From: Macrostomum lignano
Lineage: Eukaryota
NCBI GenBank assembly: GCA_002269645.1
Contig: NIVC01001238.1
Location: 62,001 to 126,000 of the forward strand
Length of the DNA stretch: 64,000 nucleotides
Reading direction: 5' to 3'
The translations under genes and the position numbers were made by a program. Shown piece after piece: positions 11,692-46,602 of the stretch. Every line of letters starts with the position of its first letter. The first letter of the stretch is position 1. Under the pieces are notes generated by a model. That model had not been told where the DNA came from. It worked only from the letters and a program-made list of their open reading frames with translations, and did no database searches.

Positions 11692-13720
11692 GACTTTAAC
11701 TTACTTAGGCCTATTACTTATATGTTATATGCTGTTTATCCTTAGGCTAATCATTTTTATCAATTCTATATTCAGCCTAGGCCCTGGCCTGAGCGAAAAT
11801 TTTGATTTTATATTATAGCTAATTACTAGCTAAAATAATGCACCTAATTTTAGCTAGGCAATAGACTTTTTCTTATTAAGAATATTAGCTAAGCATAAGC
11901 CTAAGGATTATTATTTACTCTATTTGACTATTAATTCAAAATAATTTATAGGCCTAGCTATCTATACTAGTATTAATTAATAGGCCAAATGCTTGAACTA
12001 GGCCCTATTCAAAAATATCTTTACAAGTTGAACAATCTACTAAGCCTACTAAGGTGGCTGTCAAAGTGACCTTCAAACTTGTTAGACGAATATAGTTTGG
12101 TATGTTGATACATTGCTCAAAGTGTAGGCCAAACTAAGCTTGGATATTCCAAATAGCCTCTAGCTTAGCTTTTATAGGCTTTTGGAAATGCATATCCAAT
12201 TGAATCTCAATTGGCCAATTAAATTAGCACCTATACAGTATACATGCTGATACTTATGTAGAGTAGCTGGCCCCTACTAGTAGGGCCTAGGCCTAGCTTT
12301 TGCTAAAATGTATAATATAAAAAGTATACTTATATTTAGCAATATTCTTAAAGAACAATGTCTATTTAAAAATTTATCAAACTCTAAAATTATTTATTTC
12401 TATTCATGACAACTAGTTAGCAAATAAATTAAACTTATATATGTTTTTAAAGTCAACAAAACTTAGATATCTAATTTATCTAAGAAAAAGCATTGCTATT
12501 GCCATGATTAAATATATTTGCATTAAGAGAAAATACCTATAGAAATTTCTAGAAATTCTAGAATATAAATAACAAAATTGTTATGTTGTAATGAGTTAGA
12601 ATAGATTGGTCAGGCTTGTTATATTAAAGTGCATATATGATTTTATATTTGAATCTGGCTTATAGCTGTAAGAAAATGTGCTGTCTTCTTTTAAAAAGTA
12701 ATAGAGTAAGTAAACAGCAAGAGTCAAACTAAAATATTCAATACCATAAATATCACAAAAATCCAACAGCCTCTTTTGATTGAAATACACTTGTGCAACA
12801 ATCAGATTTATGCTAAAGTAACACTATGGCATGTATACTGGCATTGTTGGCTATTTCAACCTGAAATAAAATGGAAACACAAAAAGCATTTGCCAAAGAA
12901 GGACACACAACTATTAAACTTACTTGTATTAAACTTGTTTTTTTAGAAATGATAATTGTTAAATTGTAATTGTAAAATGATTTGACAAATAATGTCACTT
13001 TTGAACAAAATGTGTCATTAGTTTTCTATTGCAAGTATATTTATTTTGCAGGTGCCCCTTAGGCTATAAATTGAAATGGCTTCCATTAACTCTTGTTTTT
13101 CTTATTTAGTAGTCCTTTGAAAGCAGATTTATGGTGATATTTTATAGCAAACATTCTTGAAACTGGGACTAAAAATTTACATGGTCATTTGTTAGTAGAT
13201 TTTTCATGGTAAATTTATACCATTGTCTATGTTTCTTGATCTTGGTTTTCTAAAAGTTGGACTTTTCCCTATAGAAAGACCAAGTTATTCTGTTATTGTG
13301 ACCTGCCATTTAGATATAACAAATATTTCATCTAAAGAATATGTTGTCTAAAAACTGAAAAAGTGCTAACTAGAGGAAGGTACCCACAAAAGAAGTCTCA
13401 CTTGATCTAGACGATTCAGTTTCTTCTTTGTTCATTTCTTTATCTAATGGCATATCATGGCTTGATTAAAATGGTCTTCTTCAAATTGAGTCATTCTGCA
13501 ATATAGTATAAGCATTAGGGCACTTACTGTTATTTTAAGTACTAGCATTTGAAAGCAGTATACTGCATTTGTTAAAAAAAGTGGCACCTGTGAGCAAATT
13601 AAAGTACAAGTACTATCAAACAATTGGGAGCACTTTCCTATCTATCTGAGGCATGGCTAAGCAGTCCACCAATCTTACAAAGGTATAACAGAAAGCCTTG
13701 CACGTTCCAGAGCTGGCACA

Positions 13721-22066
<8,346 letters not shown>

Positions 22067-22724
22067 GCACAGTTGCTGCCAATGCGAGTGTACTGACAAA
22101 TCTGTGCTCAAATTCCTGCCTATGTTTGCTATGAAAATTGATCAGTCATTATTTAGTCAAGGCTCAATTTTACTATTATCAATTTAGTCTCCTATAAGTC
22201 TGGAACTTGTACAGCATTTTCTAATCCTTTTTTGTATCTTAACGGTGCAATCCTTTATTCACAGGCCTCAATGGTGCTTTTTGTGTCCGGTAAATATTAA
22301 TTATTTTTATTAGTAACTTTTATATACATTTACAATCAGCTGATCGGTTAGGCCGCGTGTTTATTATTATTTAGTATTATTATTATTATACGCTCAGTCA
22401 TTATTACATTTCACCTATAATGCATCTTGCTACATAAATACAGCATTGTTGGTGTCCATCTCATGCTGGCCAGCTGGCCTTCATATATAATTTGTGCACT
22501 AAAACATATTTGCGCTATTATTGCGCTGTTTAAGGCTTTGCGCTGATTTATTTTTGTCAGCTGACGCTTCACCGCTGAGCCAGGGCATCACCGCTGAGGC
22601 CACGCACTCTGGGATTTGCTTGTTGCATGCACCTGCAGCTGGGCACAGGGTGCGCCCGATCGTGTCGGCCTGTTTTGTACAAAAATTCAAGCCTAGTCTA
22701 CATGTATTGCAGGAGCAACGCTTT

Positions 22725-23790
22725 ACACCTATTCCTCTCCTATTTCACCACCTCTATCCACCCCTCTATCCACCCCTCCCTCTATCCGCCCCTCCCTCTA
22801 TCCGCCCCTCACTCTATCCGCCCTTCCCTCTATCCTCCCCTCCCTCTATCCGCCCCTCCCTCTATCCTCCCCTCCCTCTATCCGCCCTTCACTCTATCCA
22901 CCCCTCCCTCTATCCACCCTTCCCTCTATCCTCCCCTCCCTCTATCCACCCCTCCCTCTATCCGCCCCTCCCTCTATCCTCCCCTCCCTCTATCCACCCC
23001 TCCCTCTATCCGCCCCTCCCTCTATCCGCCCCTCCCTCTATCCTGCCCTCCCTCTATCCTCCCCTCACTCTATCTGCCCCTTACTCTATCCGCCCCTCCC
23101 TCTATCCGCCCCTCCCTCTATCCTGCCCTCCCTCTATCCTCCCCTCACTCTATCTGCCCCTTACTCTATCCGCCCCTCCCTCTATCCTCCCCTCCCTCTA
23201 TCCTCCCCTCACTCTATCCGCCCCTCCCTCTATCCGCCCCTCACTCTATCCACCCCTCCCTCTATCCGCCCCTCCCTCTATCCGCCCCTCCCTCTATCCT
23301 GCCCTCCCTCTATCCTCCCCTCACTCTATCTGCCCCTTACTCTATCCGCCCCTCCCTCTATCCGCCCCTCCCTCTATCCGCCCCTCCCTCTATCCGCCCC
23401 TCCCTCTATCCGCCCCTCCCTCTATACGCCCTTCCCTCCATCCTCCCCTCCCTCTACCCTCCCTCCCTCTATACGCCCCTTCCCTCTATCCGCCCCTCCC
23501 TCTATCCTCCCCCCACTCTATCCGCCCCTCCCTCTATCCGCCCCTCCCTCTATACGCCCTTCCCTCCATCCTCCCCTCCCTCTACCCTCCCTCCCTCTAT
23601 ACGCCCCTTCCCTCTATCCGCCCCTCCCTCTCCTCTCCTCACTGTCTATCCTCTCTATCTGCCCCTCCCTCTTTATCTGCACCTCCCTCTATCCGCTCCT
23701 CACTCTCTATCCGCTGCTCACCTACCCGCCCTCTCTCTCTATCCGCTCTAAACTTTTATACGCCTCTGCCTTTATCCGCTCCCTCCTATC
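22725..23790. repeat. C/T-rich ~16-bp degenerate minisatellite (CCGCCCCTCCCTCTAT)n
   Basis: Tandem periodicity; the overlapping Pro/Ser/Leu ORFs are artefacts. Confidence 0.93.
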
Positions 23791-23985
23791 CGCCCTCTCC
23801 TTTTCTAGCTGCATATTTTTCTTTCACTCAGTTTGAACTTCATTTACAATCTTGGCTTTCTCTTTCATATTTTATTTATTCCCATTGTCACATCCGTCAC
23901 ACCTTTCTTCCTATTGAAACTGACAAATCAAGATGTTAGACCAACAAGATCATTTTCCTCGTTTGCGTTGGTGGCCGCTTGTGTG

Positions 23986-24294
23986 TCAGCCGCTGGAATT
24001 GCGCGAAGGGCTTTGTACAGCTTGTATAAACACAATGCTTGGAAGCTTGGAGGCCCCAATGGCCGCCTTCGCCAGCGGCTGGGCGCAGGTGACGCACGCG
24101 GGTGGCGGCGCCTGGCTCAGCGCTTTGGCGCTGGGCAGCGCAGACTTCTCGGGTCGCAGCTGGCCGCACTCGGCCTCCATGCGGCTGTGCAGCTGCTGCT
24201 TCTCGTCCGCTGTCAGCGCCTCGGCTGTCGGCGCCTGTGTCAGCACCGACACCAGCATGAGCAGCTGGACTACTGTCTGAGCGGCTGCGGGCAT
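23986..24294 (-). CDS. Putative small secreted protein (102 aa), uncharacterised
   Basis: Acceptor CCCCAG immediately before CCATG (24297); upstream donor AACAG|GTAAAG at 24835; GC3-rich codons; hydrophobic N-terminus VVQLLMLVSVL with an A-E-A cleavage motif; AATAAA ~110 nt after the stop (plus-strand TTTATT near 23875). No family recognised. Confidence 0.55.
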   Translation of the reverse strand: MPAAAQTVVQLLMLVSVLTQAPTAEALTADEKQQLHSRMEAECGQLRPEKSALPSAKALSQAPPPACVTCAQPLAKAAIGASKLPSIVFIQAVQSPSRNSSG

Positions 24295-24299
24295 GGCTG

Positions 24300-24810
24300 G
24301 GGGTGGCGGAGAGAGTGACCCGGTTTGATGGTGGCGGAGAGAGTGACCCGGATTGATGGTGGCGGAGTGACCCGGTTTGATGGTGGCGGAGTGACCCGGT
24401 TTGATATGGCGGAGTGACCCGGTTTGATGGTGGCGGAGTGACCCGGTTTGATAGTGGCGGAGAGAGTGACCCGGATTGATGGTGGCGGAGTGACCCGGTT
24501 TGATGGTGGCGGAGTGACCCGGTTTGATAGTGGCGGAGAGAGTGACCCGGATTGGTGGTGGTGGAGAGTGACCCGGATTGATGGTGGCTGAGAGAGTGAC
24601 CCGGTTTGATGGTGGCGGATAGAGTGACCCGGTTTGATGGTGGCGGAGTGACCCGGTTTGATGGTGGCGGAGTGACCCGGTTTGATGGTGGCGGAGTGAC
24701 CCGGTTTGATAGTGGCGGAGAGAGTGACCCGGTTTGATGGTGGCGGAGAGAGTGACCCGGTTTGATGGTGGCTGAGAGAGTGACCCAGTTTGTATATGGC
24801 GGAGAGAGAC
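24300..24810. repeat. 24/28-bp minisatellite (GGCGGAGAGAGTGACCCGGTTTGATGGT)n filling the intron of the small gene
   Basis: Tandem periodicity with a +/-4 bp (AGAG) variant. Confidence 0.93.
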
Positions 24811-25672
24811 AAATCAAGGTCAGACAGTCTTTACCTGTTAGAGTTGAGCTCAATCGGATCGGGGCTAAGATATGCCTGTCTTCCGAGACTGTTTGCTTTT
24901 GCTTTTAGATACGCAGAGTCTAAGCTTTCTGCTTTGCTCCAAGAAATGGGGATCCCGGATCTCGCGCAAGTCCCTTGGGTAAATTTTATACCCAAAAATT
25001 TTACGACACGTGGCAACACGGCTCAACAAAGCGGAGAAATCCCTGGAGAGACTCGGGACTGAGTGGCTCCAGCAAATTTTTTTAATTAAAATGAAAACAA
25101 GCTCTTGATTATTTATGATTAATATTTGTCCTAGCTAGTAGATGCAAATACATACAAAATCCATCAAAACTACTCACACATTCAATTTTAAAAGTAGCTA
25201 AATAAGAAGATTTAATTAGCATGGTTTTATGACTGCTTTTGTCAAATTTTCAAGATTTTATGACGATGCAAATCAGGCCAAATCAGCCAATTGCTCCTGG
25301 AGAAACCAATTTTTATTTTGGCTATTAAGACAAAAGTTCATTAAAGTGTGGAAAGCGAAAATATTATTCATAAATCAGTTCATAAAACCTTTAACTTCTT
25401 TTATAAGGCAGAGGGGAGTTTAGACCAAGGGTCAGTTTTGAATAAAATATCACAGCAGCAAATTGAATTTTCATTCTCTTGTGTTGAGAAAACCTGCATT
25501 TTTACAGAGATACAGCTACTAGCAAAAATAGTTTGACAAGCGCATCGAAGCTACTCACAGCAGTAGTATTGACGCGTTTGCGGAACAGCAGTAAAAATAG
25601 ATTTTTATTGTCTGATACAAATAGTTATGGCAAAATATTTATCATATAAAATACGCCAAAGTCTGAAGCTGC

Positions 25673-38932
<13,260 letters not shown>

Positions 38933-39946
38933 GCGAGTTGCAGGAAGGCGCAGAAAAACAGCAGCTGTTTCAGATTGAAGTCACGATAAGTTTTTTCTCA
39001 TTCAACTGTTGATTGGATTTTTGACAGGAAAGACAAAAAATCGAAACCAGAAAACCCAAACAATTTAAGCGCAAAATATTCAAAATAGCAACAGAATTCG
39101 ACTTTATTATTTTACTTCTATAAAACACAACGATACACCGATAAAAATCAGCACACAGAAGAGTATCAATAAAATATTCATATCGCAGTTATAATAAAAA
39201 TATCAACATTGAAATGTCGCACAGGATTACTGATAGTGTTGAAAATTTTCATCAAGAAACATTTTTAGTCGCAGTTGAAGTTTACTGAGCAACAGTGCAA
39301 TAAATATTTATAAGAATTCAGAGGCTTAACGCAAAAGAGTAAAGGGTAATTAATATCAATCAAGGAGTGCCAGAAGTTTTAATTTTTTTCCTGATTACAA
39401 GGATACCAAACTCTGCTACTATTAGTAGTTGATCAAATATTAATCTTAACAAAACACTTAATGAGCTGCCCTGCAGCTGCTTGTGACAATAAAAAATCAA
39501 TAGAGAACTTTTAGGACACTGCAGCCGTATCTGTCCCAGGAACATGCGTTGAAATAAGGCAGGTAGGAGAGATGCAAAAGCCACCAATCCTTGCTTGCGG
39601 CACTAAACTAGCTAAGGTGGATAAAACATAAGAGAAGTGCAGCTTTACAAAGTGATTTGATAAGGACAGGTTAGTGTAGTTCTTGTAACTCATTTGACAC
39701 TGAAAATTTATGAATAATATTTATTTGAAGGCTTGATGGAGTTCTTTCTCAAGATTTTTTGTTTGAGTCTTTATTTTTGCCAGTGGTAGTTCTGTTTAAA
39801 GTTTACTAAAAATAAATTTAAACTGTTACTCAGTCCCACTGTTAGTATCTCCAGGGAAAATCTCCTATAGACTAAAGCTAATGCTGTCCAATGCGTTGAA
39901 ATCACCCGGCCATTTACTTTATGAAGTCCATGACGCCTGCTAAGTT

Positions 39947-41221
39947 TCAGTAGCCATCGCGGATTCGAACTCGCCGCATCCCGCGCTCCAATCCACCGAA
40001 GCCGTATTCAAAATCTTCGTAGTCCCTGTCCCCGTCCAGTCCAAAATCGTAGTCATCCGTGCCGCGCCGGAAGTAGGCGTCGTACAGCCGGTGCCGCAGC
40101 GGGGAGCCGCCGTGCCGGTCCTCCCGGCCGGACACGTAGGCCGATGGCGCCCGGTAGGTGCCGAGGTCCTCATCGAACTCATCGCCGTAGTCTCGTCCGG
40201 CCCCAGCCCCGCCGTAGGGCCCCGGGCCGGCCGGCATCGACCGGCGAAGGTCGGAGGATGACCGGCTGCGCCTGAGGCTGGACGAGGCGGCAGGCGGCCG
40301 AACGGGGGCGCGCGGGCCTCCCAGACGAGTCAGCGTGTCGTGCAGGACCGGCTTCCGGCTCACCAGATTCTTGTCGACGTGTCGGACGACGAACGGTGGA
40401 CGACCGTCGACGCGAACCGGAGCTGCCAGTGTCGCGGCCGCCTGCGGCGGTTTGCTCCGGCGCCGTCGCAATCGTCGTTCCTCGGCTTCCAAGTCGTCGC
40501 CGGAAGCGCGCAGGGCGGCGGCCGCGGCGGCGGAGGCGTAGCGGCCTGGCGAGCGGCAGCGCATAACGGCCGACAAGGTCTGCCGGCTGTAGCCGGGGCG
40601 CGCGCGTCGGAGGCGGCGGCGTCTCAGTCGCCGGGTTGGAGTCACCGTCGCGTCCAGGTCATCGTCGTCATCGTAGTACTCATCGTCCAGACCGTCGCTG
40701 TCCACACCGAGTAGGTCGGAATCGAAGTCTCCGGTGGTCAAGTTAGTTTGCTCAATGACGGCTCGGGTGCTGAACTCGAAGCGTGGCCCGGGGCCGAGGA
40801 AGTCGACGGTGCGGATCAGCTGCGCCTGCCGGCTGCCGCGGTGGACGGCGCAGCCGCTGGCGAGAGCTGCCGCGGTGCCGCCGGCCGGGTAGAGAAAATC
40901 CCTGGCGCCGGCGTCAAAGTAGGCGAGCAGGCAGCCGCCAAGGTAGACATCCGTGACCTGGCGCAGCTCCACTGTCACTGGCAGCTCGTCCAGCATCTCC
41001 AGGACGTCCTGGGGATCCGCTGCCGGCCAGAACAGCTTCTCGAAGACGAATCGCTCGTGCAGGCAGAGAGGGAATGCTGGGTCAACCAGGCGAGTCCGCT
41101 TTGCTTGGCCGAACATTTCCACGGTGAGGTAGAGCGGGTCCCGGTTGGGCAGCCAGGCACCTGGCGAGGCCACCGACTCGATGCTGACCTCCACGGTGCA
41201 CTTGAATCCTCTCGGCGGCAT
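39947..41221 (-). CDS. SPATA6: SPATA6-family protein (424 aa), intronless coding region
   Basis: N-terminus MPPRGFKCTVEVSIESVASPGAWL..LYLTVEMFGQAKRT..PAFPLCLHERFVFEKLF..DPQDVLEML..VELRQ matches the SPATA6/SPATA6L N-terminal domain, and a later PFVVRHVD motif is present. Acceptor CAACAG lies 7 nt before the ATG. Confidence 0.9.
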   Translation of the reverse strand: MPPRGFKCTVEVSIESVASPGAWLPNRDPLYLTVEMFGQAKRTRLVDPAFPLCLHERFVFEKLFWPAADPQDVLEMLDELPVTVELRQVTDVYLGGCLLAYFDAGARDFLYPAGGTAAALASGCAVHRGSRQAQLIRTVDFLGPGPRFEFSTRAVIEQTNLTTGDFDSDLLGVDSDGLDDEYYDDDDDLDATVTPTRRLRRRRLRRARPGYSRQTLSAVMRCRSPGRYASAAAAAALRASGDDLEAEERRLRRRRSKPPQAAATLAAPVRVDGRPPFVVRHVDKNLVSRKPVLHDTLTRLGGPRAPVRPPAASSSLRRSRSSSDLRRSMPAGPGPYGGAGAGRDYGDEFDEDLGTYRAPSAYVSGREDRHGGSPLRHRLYDAYFRRGTDDYDFGLDGDRDYEDFEYGFGGLERGMRRVRIRDGY

Positions 41222-43238
41222 GGTGCTTCTGTTGAGTTGGAGTGGAAGTTTTTTGAGGTACTGATCATTTATGAACTGAGAAAATGGACTGGTTTAAGTG
41301 CTTCTATAAGCAAGTTTTATTACTGGTTTAGTTTTGCATTCATGCATGATTTTACTAACTTTGAGATTTTTGAGCTATTATAGCTATTGCTATAAATAAC
41401 TATTAAATTGATTTTTAAATCATGGATTGCACATGTACAAGTTTCACTACCATTTGTTATGCAATATTCACATATTTTCCTGACTGATATGTAACATATT
41501 TTTGCCATGTGCCATAAACAATGTTAAAATATTTTGTCTTAGCTGTATAAAATGTTCTGCAGCATCTGGTTGGTTAAAAAAACAATTAAATGATGTTGTG
41601 TTTTGCATGAGGACCCCCCAAGAAGGTTTAATATATAATGTTTCTTGATTTCAGCAAAAAATCTGTTAAATACAGAGGTGAAGGTGCAGAGCTTAGATTG
41701 CTTAGGTAAGAACAAACTTATAATTTATGACAGATTTGTGATCACAGTTTTTGTTTGTAAGTAGTACCAAGGCCCAGCGGAATGGGCGCCCGCGCCTTCC
41801 CGCTGTGTCCACTCCGGGACAGCCCTGCAGCTAAAAGTACCAAGGCCATTAACATCACAAAGTGATTTCCTTCTTATTTGGCTATTTCTTTTATAAATCC
41901 TGGAATATTTGAAATGCTTTGGAAGTCTATGAAATCTTACATATTTTAATATGTGACTAATAGATAGATGCTCAATAATGTCAGCTTCAAGTCTCAATAA
42001 ATGCATTGTTAGTCCCTACGAACATTCATTGCCAAGTGAGCCATTGTTGATTTTTTGAGATACAAACTGCATAAATAGTATAACAATTGAAGTAAAATAA
42101 AGTATGGAGACTAGACAGGTAGTTTTCTACATTATAAGTTCTTCCTTTACAAGCCTTGCCTTCTACTTCTTTTAGTTTAGTGCGGTTTCGACAATCTGAA
42201 CTTGAAAAACACCGAATGTAAACTAATTTAAACTTGCGCGAAATATTATCATGAACTCTAAACGTTGTCTTAGTTATTTGTTATACTCCATAATATTCAA
42301 GCAGTAAAAATAGTCGTGTTTTATGGAAACGCCCTTTTGATCACACGTGACGATACAGTTTCTTTTTTTAGTATGCAGTTGCTGGAGGAGCATTTGGATT
42401 GTTTTCAGGCTAAATTTTCATAGGAGTTTTGCCATGGGTTTTCTTCTGTTTAGGAACACAAGCATTTTGCATTAAGTTCCTTACCGTTCGGCTTTCTACC
42501 CTTTTGGCTTGTTTTATAAATGTTTAGTTAGGATGGTTGGTTTGTGGTTACTGGCTAATGATGTACCTCTTCCTTGTAATTAAATGATAAAATTATTGTC
42601 TTTTAATGCACTGGTAAAAACAGTTATTTTAGACTTACACAAAGTTTAGTTTTCTTTGTTTATAGGTTGGGCCTAAATAATAATGAAATTGTTAGTCCTT
42701 TAGTAGGCCTAATAGGCCTATAAAATAAATGGTAATAATTATTATTAAACTATGGATTTATTTATATTTAGCTACCTATACTATTTTCAACATTTCTTAG
42801 CATTAATATCCTAGTCCCAAACTAATCCTAAACTTTTTGCAATCCCATGACATGATCCTAGGATTTAATCATAGAATTTGGCCAATCCTAGGATTCAATC
42901 CTAAGATAAAAAAAAGATTTTAAGCTTCTGGGTTAAATTTTTAAGGCAAAATATGCACTTAATATTTTTTTGCTTCTATTTTTTATTCTTATAGAAATAA
43001 TGATCTATTTGTAAATGAAAAACAGCATTATCTTGTGAGTATTAAAGTAAGTAATATAAAAGTACTAATTTAATTAATAATAAACAAGCAAATCAAATAT
43101 CAAAATTAATATTAGAATAAATTTCACATTTAAATCTGTGATGCAAGGTTTAAAAAGGCCCTAAGCAACATAAGGTAATTAATGGAAATTAGGGCAGTAT
43201 AATAAACTAATTGTGGGCCTTTTTATATTCATAATATA

Positions 43239-45468
43239 ATATATTGGTTTACCGACAGACATTCAGACAGACATTCAGAAATCGTTCATTAAATGTTTAA
43301 CAAAATTGTCTATTTATTACGCAAGATACTGTGAATTTATAGAAACTTTTACGCATGTCTCTTCTTTAAAAAGACACCTCAGACACATACAAAGATGCTT
43401 TACAAGCTGATATATTCCCTAGCAACTGTTGTTACAACGTTTCCCAATGTACCAAATATTGTATGTAGTAGTTTTGTGAGAAGCCACTATATCGTCCCAC
43501 TTTGGTCTTTCTGCATGAAATTTGCACAGCTGTTTTACGCATGTCTTTGCTTTAAAAAGACACCTCAGACACACACAAAGATGCTTCATAAGCTGAGATA
43601 TTCCCTAGCAAATGTTGTTACAACATTTTCTAAAAATACTGAATGTATTATTATTACAATATTATTAATACTATTATTGAAATTATTACTATTAATAATG
43701 ATAATAAGATTATTAAAATCATATTACTGTATTCCTTTTATTACTATATAATAATATTACTGTTCTATTATTAACAGTAGAACAGGGAATCCCCCACCCC
43801 TGACATAATTTTTTATGCGCCGACATGGAGCAATGTGGGCACACAAAATTCAAGAACATGAGCTTACTTTTTGCTACGCACCTCAAACAAGAATCAAGTT
43901 GTCGCCAGCCCTCTGAACTGTCGAGATATTCAATGATTCTGCCTGTAGATGGTCGGATTTTTCCCATAAGCACTAGTGTATTACACCCTGTGCGCCAATA
44001 AGCACTGCGCCTCAGTGCAGCCTTGCCAAGTCTCCAAATTTTGTCAGCACATGTGTCTGCATCAGATTTATTTGACTTTGTTGGTCACTAGCCTTCACCC
44101 AGGTAAAGCTTCTGGACATTCAACAAGTTGCAACAGGTGTCTACATGTATATGGGCACGCTGTTCAATTTCTCAGCTAGTTTCGCTGATCAAGCCTTGAT
44201 AGAGTGGGCAAGCCTCAACTGCTCGACATCCTCAGCTATAGTCTCTTGAGCATTCATTCATCACCCAGACGCCGTCGGTACCTTCAGCGGATTACACCAG
44301 CTGACTATGGACAGTCTGATGCAAATATGCTAGATTTTTTATCTAGCTTCAATAATTGGCAAACCTCAACTGCTAGGCATCCTTAACTAGTTTCTCAATA
44401 ATTCTGTCATCATTCTGCCATCATCGGCACCTTCAAGGAGACAAAACCATGACCATGGACACCCAGAAGTATGATTTTTTTAAACAAATAGTAACTTTTA
44501 AGACAGAAGGCTTGGATATTTACTATATTGTGACTTTATCTTCATTCCACATAGAAAATTTGGTAATTTTTAGTGCTTTCTTCTTTTCGTGAATATTCTG
44601 TTCAATTTAGTTTAATTAACAAATTACCTCATCATGTTTACATAATTATGTGATTATAGACTGTTTGGGACTCTAGCTGAGAATAAACAGGAGTTACAGA
44701 TTGCGCATTATTGAAGCTTGATAAGAAAAACCTGACATAGTTGCAAAAGGATGTCCATAGTCATCTGATGCCACCTGTTGAAGGTGCCGACGGTGTTGGA
44801 GTGGTGACGGAATGCTCGAGAGACTACTTGAGGGTGTCCAAAAGTTGAGGCTTGCTCCCTGTTGAGGCTTGATCGGCAAAACTCAAGAAATTTGTATCAG
44901 GGTGGTCACAGTTGCCTGGTGTCATTTGTTGAAGATGCCGATGGTGTCCGGGTTATGACTAAATGCTTAGGAGACTAGCTGAGGATACCTAGCAGTTGAG
45001 GTTTGCCCACTGTCGAGGCTTGATCAGTGATCAGCGATGTCTAGGCTGAACTACTATATACATTTTTGGTTTATTGGGAAACGTTGTAACAACAGTTGCT
45101 AGGGAATATCTCAGCTTGTGAAGCATCTTTGTGTGTGTCTGAGGTGTCTTTTTAAAGAAGAGACATGCGTAAAACAGCTGTGCAAATTTCATGCAGAAAG
45201 ACCAAAGTGGGACGATGTAGTGGCTTCTCAAAAAACTACTAAATACAGTATTCGGTATATTAGGAAACATCGTAACAACAGTTGCTAGGAAATATCTCAG
45301 CTTGTGAAGCGTCTTTGTGTGTGTCTGAGGTGTCTTTTTAAAGAAGAGACATGCGTAAAAGTTTCTATAAATACACAGTATCTTGCGCAAAAAATAGAAA
45401 ATTTTGTTAAACATTTATTGAACGATTTCTGAATGTCTGTCTGAATGTCTGTCGGGAAACCAATACAT
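43239..45468. mobile_element. Non-autonomous Mutator/Foldback-like DNA transposon (2230 bp, ~400-bp TIRs, 9-bp TSD)
   Basis: The left end ATATATTGGTTTACCGACAGACATTCAG.. mirrors the right end ..CTGAATGTCTGTCGGGAAACCAATACAT. Identical CATAATATA flanks at 43230-43238 and 45469-45477. TIRs contain a ~190-bp subrepeat; inner inverted ~150-bp subrepeats lie at 44165-44460 and 44690-45040. No transposase ORF. Confidence 0.9.
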
Positions 45469-46079
45469 CATAATATAGCACTTTAGTAACAAAAATTAGT
45501 CCTGGGATTTGGGCCCAATCCCAGGATTTTGGGATCCCAAGATCTCAGGATTGCAATCCTTAACTAATATACAATTGTTACCTATTTCTATTTAATGGGT
45601 TGAATGATCTCATTCATTCAAGAGAAATATTGTTAAATTGTTAATCATTCTTTGGCTAGGCTTATATAAATCATAACTGGCTAACATTGTCTTTTTATAC
45701 TATGTTTTTCTTAGCCTTATTATTTAATATTATACTTTTTATTATAGTAGATAGAAATAGGCCCCTAGTCAATAAATTAGTCTTTTACTTTCTTATGAGT
45801 ATTTTTTATAGTACTAAATAGAAACAACAAGCTGTTGAAACCCGCAGATTTTGAACCCGGGGAATTCCAATACCTGGAACTACTTTTGCATGTATTCTGA
45901 AATCTAAGGCCATACACAAACAAAAACTTGTTAATAGTTAGTAGGATAGAGGTAGACATAAAATGGAGCACATTCGTATAAAATTAGGGTTTGAGACATT
46001 GTTGGCTGTACTGCGCAGAATGTCAGGCAATGTCTGTCTGACTCTAAAACATATATTGCTAAACTCTGGTCTCTCCCTG

Positions 46080-46509
46080 ACTCTCCCTATGTCCCTTGGA
46101 TCCTTTAAAATTTCTATTGTCTCTTTGTTTCCTCTCATCTCTCTCATCCCTTGTCTCTCCTCTCTCCCCTCTTCTCTCGTATCTTCCCTCATCTCTCTTC
46201 TCTTTCATCTCTCTTATCTCATCTCTTCCTTATTCTTTTCTCTCTCCTCTCCTCTCTCCTCTCTACTTTTTCGTTTTCTCTCTCCTCTCCTCTCTCCTCT
46301 CTCCTCTCTCCCCCTCTCCTCTTTCCTCTCACCCCCTCTTCTCTCTTATCTTCCTTCTCCTTTCTATTATTTTCTCTCTTCTCTTAACTCTCTCCTCTAC
46401 TCTCTCATCTCTCCCCTCTTCTCTCGTCTCTTTCCTCACCTCTTTTCTCTCTCGTCTTTGCTCTCTCATCTTTCCTTTCTCTTCTTTTATCTTTTCTCTC
46501 TTATCTCTC

Positions 46510-46602
<93 letters not shown>

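Noticed and set aside
43395-45414. Two similar ORFs on opposite strands (43395..43751 and 45031..45414)
   Set aside because: They are mirror translations of the transposon TIRs, not genes.
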